A stretch of 63,998 bases of DNA, filler included, from Atractiella rhizophila (taxonomy: Eukaryota), in NCBI GenBank assembly GCA_021432655.1. It is 4 parts of 4 records of this genome, joined end to end, with 100 filler letters (N's around TTAATTAATTAA, not from the genome) between each part and the next. Parts side by side here need not be neighbours in the genome. Positions count along the whole stretch, not along the records: positions 47,114 to 63,998 come from MU271888.1; 3 more parts are not named here. One strand, given 5' to 3'. The first letter of the stretch is position 1. The number at the start of each line of letters is the position of its first letter. Shown here in pieces: positions 60,455-63,998 of the stretch. The position numbers were made by a program, and so were the translations under genes. The notes under the pieces were generated by a model. The model ran no database searches. It worked only from the letters and a program-made list of their open reading frames with translations, and was not told where the DNA came from.

Positions 60455-60618
60455 TTCCTGTGAAATGTCCCATGCTTTCGGTTGACCTGTGCTGCCATTG
60501 AAACTGTATAAATCCTCTCTGTCTCCTGTGAGAGTTTGCGGCACCGTTACAATTGCAAAAGTTTCTTCCAGTAGATACAAGTCTTTTTCTTCTTCGTTGT
60601 ATGTATAGCCCTAAAATG

Positions 60619-62026
60619 TTACATAGAAGTCGTCGCATCGACCTCAATCTACAACCGGAAGGCAATGGGGTAAGCAATCTGTCCTTGAAAGGAAAGAAAA
60701 GACGTACAGTCGGGGTCACAGAGCTAATGAACTATCAGGCACCATCAGTACGTCTCATGGGCGGAGGCTCTGCCTAGACGTACCTTTAGAAAGACAATGA
60801 GGTACTGATCAACTCTTAATCCTTCCGGCTCTTCTGCTGCAGGATCTTTCTTATCCCCAGTCTTCCCTGTCATCTTCTTAACCACACCTGCTCCCCACCC
60901 CTTCCCGCTCTTCTTCTTATCTGTGGAAGCAGGTTCCAAGCCCATTTCCCTTCGTTGAGCTTCGATGACGCTCACGTTCATGCGCTCAATGACTTTCTTC
61001 ATCACGTTAGCATGTTTGCAAGGATGGACGGACGCCATGGAAATGTTGTTCAAGTGGGGGAAGGGCTCGATAGTGACAGTCTTCTGGGCGTAATCAGGAG
61101 AGATGTCTGAAAAAATCTGGGCAGGGGGAAGGATTGTCTTGTTCTACGTAACAGAACGCGTCAAGGAGGTTGTAGTGAGGCGAGAGGACGAACCTCGTCG
61201 TAACCCATAAGCCAGAAGCGAGGGGTTTGGTAATACTTGTCGTAGGTGATGAAACAGTTATAGGTCCGAACTTGGAGGAGGTTGTCAGAGGCCCTGTAAA
61301 ATGACACTCGGTGGCTCGATCAGAATGATGAATGCACCTACGAGCTGATTGCTTTCATTCCTTCTTCTGCAGATCGTTTGAGAGTGGCCTGATCTTCTTC
61401 CTCCCTCACTCCACCATCTTCGAATTCTTCCATATCATCAATCTCCGGAATGTCGTCCATATCTGGAATGGCTTCGTCTTCAACAGCCTTCGAGTTGTCC
61501 ATCGACAGATGGGCCATTGCAGAACTAACATCCGCATCTGCTGTAGGGAAGGAGTGATCCAGGTCTGGAATGTCTTTGATTTCCCTAATTGGTTGCGAAC
61601 TGCCTTCCGACTCCCGATTTGTATGTGTGGTGACCCAGTCGTCTTCATCTTTCACAGCACCTTCTGCAGCAAACGACATCATCGTCTCCGCGTCTTCATC
61701 GGCGTCAGTGTAGATCATCTGAGAGACGCGACGAAGGCAGGGGACTATAGCACAAATGATTAACGTGACATTCATAAGTGGATCTCAGAACAAGGAAACA
61801 CACCATTGCGACTGATGAGATATTGCTTGTCCTTCGGGAGGAAATCACGCGTCTTGCCCTCGTCCCCTTTCTCCCAACTCCAAGTAGGAAACTTGTAAAC
61901 CAGATAGTCACCTGCAGCTACGAACTCCTCTGGAGTGATCCGACCGTGTTCCTTGAACTGTGAGGTGCGAAGGACTGGAGCGAGTGCATCACGAATTAAC
62001 CAGAACTGCGTTTGTAGAGACTGCAT
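60619..62026 (-). CDS. ATG3: Autophagy E2-like enzyme Atg3
   Basis: [83 protein letters not shown]. Confidence 0.97.
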
Positions 62027-62447
62027 CTTGGAATCCTACAAGGATTCATCTCAGTCAGTCATTAAACACGGACTGAAGTGTTGCGCTGGAGAAAGGAGCA
62101 AAACTACTCGGGACAGGTGTTTCGTGCATCACGATGGTGGGAAAACGAGCTTGATAACGCGTTAACATGGATGGAGACCAACAATCATGTCCTTCTGGCT
62201 GCAGAATCAAGCTAGAAGAGGACGCACACGATAGAATGCCTATGCCTATATGCCAACAAAGAAGCTACTGGGACTCTCCAAGGCCTTTGTCGCTCAGCTC
62301 GACTGAGCAATCGATCAATCGTGCATGGGATCCTCCGATCGGTTCCGCTGTTGTTAGCTGTTAATTGCAACTTGTCAATTTTTCCAACTTGTTTTACTTA
62401 TTACAATATTCCACAATAATACTCGTTATCGACGCCTGACATTTCGA

Positions 62448-63078
62448 ATGTCGCTCTGGAGAAATACATGGAGCCGTTTACCAGCGAATTGTTAACTTCA
62501 ATTTTACACCCGTCTAAACTTGAATTCAAAGATTATCAACCTCAACTCCTTGTCGGAGCAATATGCGCGTCTTTCTTCGAGCTACCAATCCATTCTGATA
62601 TCATCTAAACAGGCTTTTCGCAGTCTGTCATTTGGTCGATACGATATAAGCGCATAGCTCCACTGTTCGTCGTCCATGTTGAATCTACATCTACAACAGC
62701 CGCCTTATGTTCAGCTTGTCATCCCATAGGTTTGGTGGCGTTGGAATGCTGGGTTATCTATGTTACAACGCCTCTACCCTTCGATTGCGTGAGAGAGGCT
62801 ATCAATCCGCCTACCTCCCTCCAGCTTTGTTGGGCTGGATGATGTCCACCGCAGCCATTATGGGCTTCCGCAATGGGATGTGGCCAAAAGTCTGGCTCCC
62901 CATAGGCATAGTAGGTTCTGCATGGCACCTCCAACAGTGGTTGCTATCACGAGAAAAGAGGCGTGGATGGGGCGAAAAACGAGAGGCGTCCAACATCTGG
63001 ATGGGTCAAGGAGAAGCATGGGTGTCTCGAGGGAAGTCAGAGGGTTTTGGACGACCTGTTGACGAGCGGTATCGTTGA
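62448..63078 (+). CDS. Small multi-pass membrane protein (weakly TMEM14-like), multi-exon
   Basis: ATG at 62448, short spliceable exons, last exon with three hydrophobic Gly-rich segments. Confidence 0.5.
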
Positions 63079-63239
63079 CTTTGACGCTCCTTAGCCGAGC
63101 GAAAGCAAACTCAGCAGTGCAGTAATCGTCAGAGTATGCAAAATTATCACCACACAACACAAGTTTGCTGTTCCATCACACAAAATGCAGTGCAAATCAA
63201 GACAAAGTTAATGTTTGGAGCATATGAACATGGAGAGGC

Positions 63240-63998
63240 TCAATAACGTTGCAGAATCTCATTCTGCAGCTCTTTTAACCGGCGTACCAGGTCCTGTGAG
63301 GTGAAACCGAGCGAGCTGAGTCCCATAAGGTGTCGTCCTAACGCTGCCTGGATTTCCGCCGCATAGACGTTTTTGCCATGTTTTAACCACGTCTCCGTGA
63401 GAAATACGATCTCCCTCGTGAGGTGTAACAGTCCGTCCGATGTGTGAAATGGGATTGCCTTCAGCATTGAGGTTCAACAGCAAGCAATTGCCAACGTAAT
63501 AAAGACAGACCTTACTCCGCCAAAGGTCATCCAGGACATTGAACAGATGGCTGTGAGGAATTCCTCCGGCAAGGAGGGCATTTACGATCCAATGTGACTG
63601 AAGGCTGGCTGCAGAAACCTCTTTGAAATCGAATTCCTCAAGCAGTAAGACAATTGATCCTGACATTAACGTTAGGTCAGTCTTGTAGGGCCACCTGGAA
63701 GATTAGCAGACACCAACGCAGTGGAAAAGTTGCTGGATACAGCCGTCGAGCCAAATCAGTAAACTTCATACCGACCGCATCGAATCCCTTGTCCTTCACG
63801 TGCTCGAAGATGGTACGGTAAATACCTTCAGAGTCCTGTTCGTCATATTCAGCCACATTGAATATCACTAGTTGCATTTCGAAGAGGTCGAGCGGAAGGG
63901 CGAATTCGTTATATAACTGATAGGAAGACTGTCAACCCTTGTCTAGCTGGACCAGCAATGCCTACCTCTGATATTGAGAACAGTTTCTCGTTGAGTTT
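63240..63998 (-). CDS. 3' end of a Nup170/Nup155-like nucleoporin
   Basis: LFSISE|LYNEFA.P...MQLVIF...LARRLYPATFPL...WIVNALLAGGIP...LFNVLDDLW, a pattern typical of the Nup157/170 C-terminus. Confidence 0.7.

Overview
Intron-rich fungal genomic DNA (basidiomycete-like: short GT-AG introns, F-box expansions). It is not one locus: four scaffold pieces are joined by artificial 100-nt spacers (44N-TTAATTAATTAA-44N at 12588-12687, 29804-29903, 47014-47113), plus two true gaps (10451-10795, 42967-43641). Recognisable genes: Arp8-like 5' end, a secreted PLC-like phosphodiesterase, several F-box genes/pseudogenes, NEW1/Elf1, an OSCA/TMEM63 channel, a Pga1-like gene, a UNC80-like ARM protein, METTL5, mitochondrial SerRS, a GNAT, a CsbD/Hmp1-like protein, a CVNH gene with an in-frame stop, ATE1 (partial), ATP14, SLY1, eIF3h, ATG3 and a Nup170-like 3' end, plus a pogo/Fot1 DNA transposon and a nest of Ty1/copia remnants. 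The most striking signal is two gap-adjacent blocks (8441-10450 and 43642-~45450) written in reversed but not complemented order, invisible to the six-frame track. Read that way they hold a complete spliced pyridoxal-reductase-type aldo-keto reductase gene, the missing 3' half of an F-box gene that rejoins in frame at 8440, and a DDE transposase. This is almost certainly a gap-filling artefact, not biology. I cannot claim a new biological system; the best biological leads are the UNC80-like protein, three unusually long hairpin-rich introns, an internal Kex2-type insert in the PLC-like enzyme and possible TpCpG hypermutation. All family assignments are by manual motif recognition; no searches were run.
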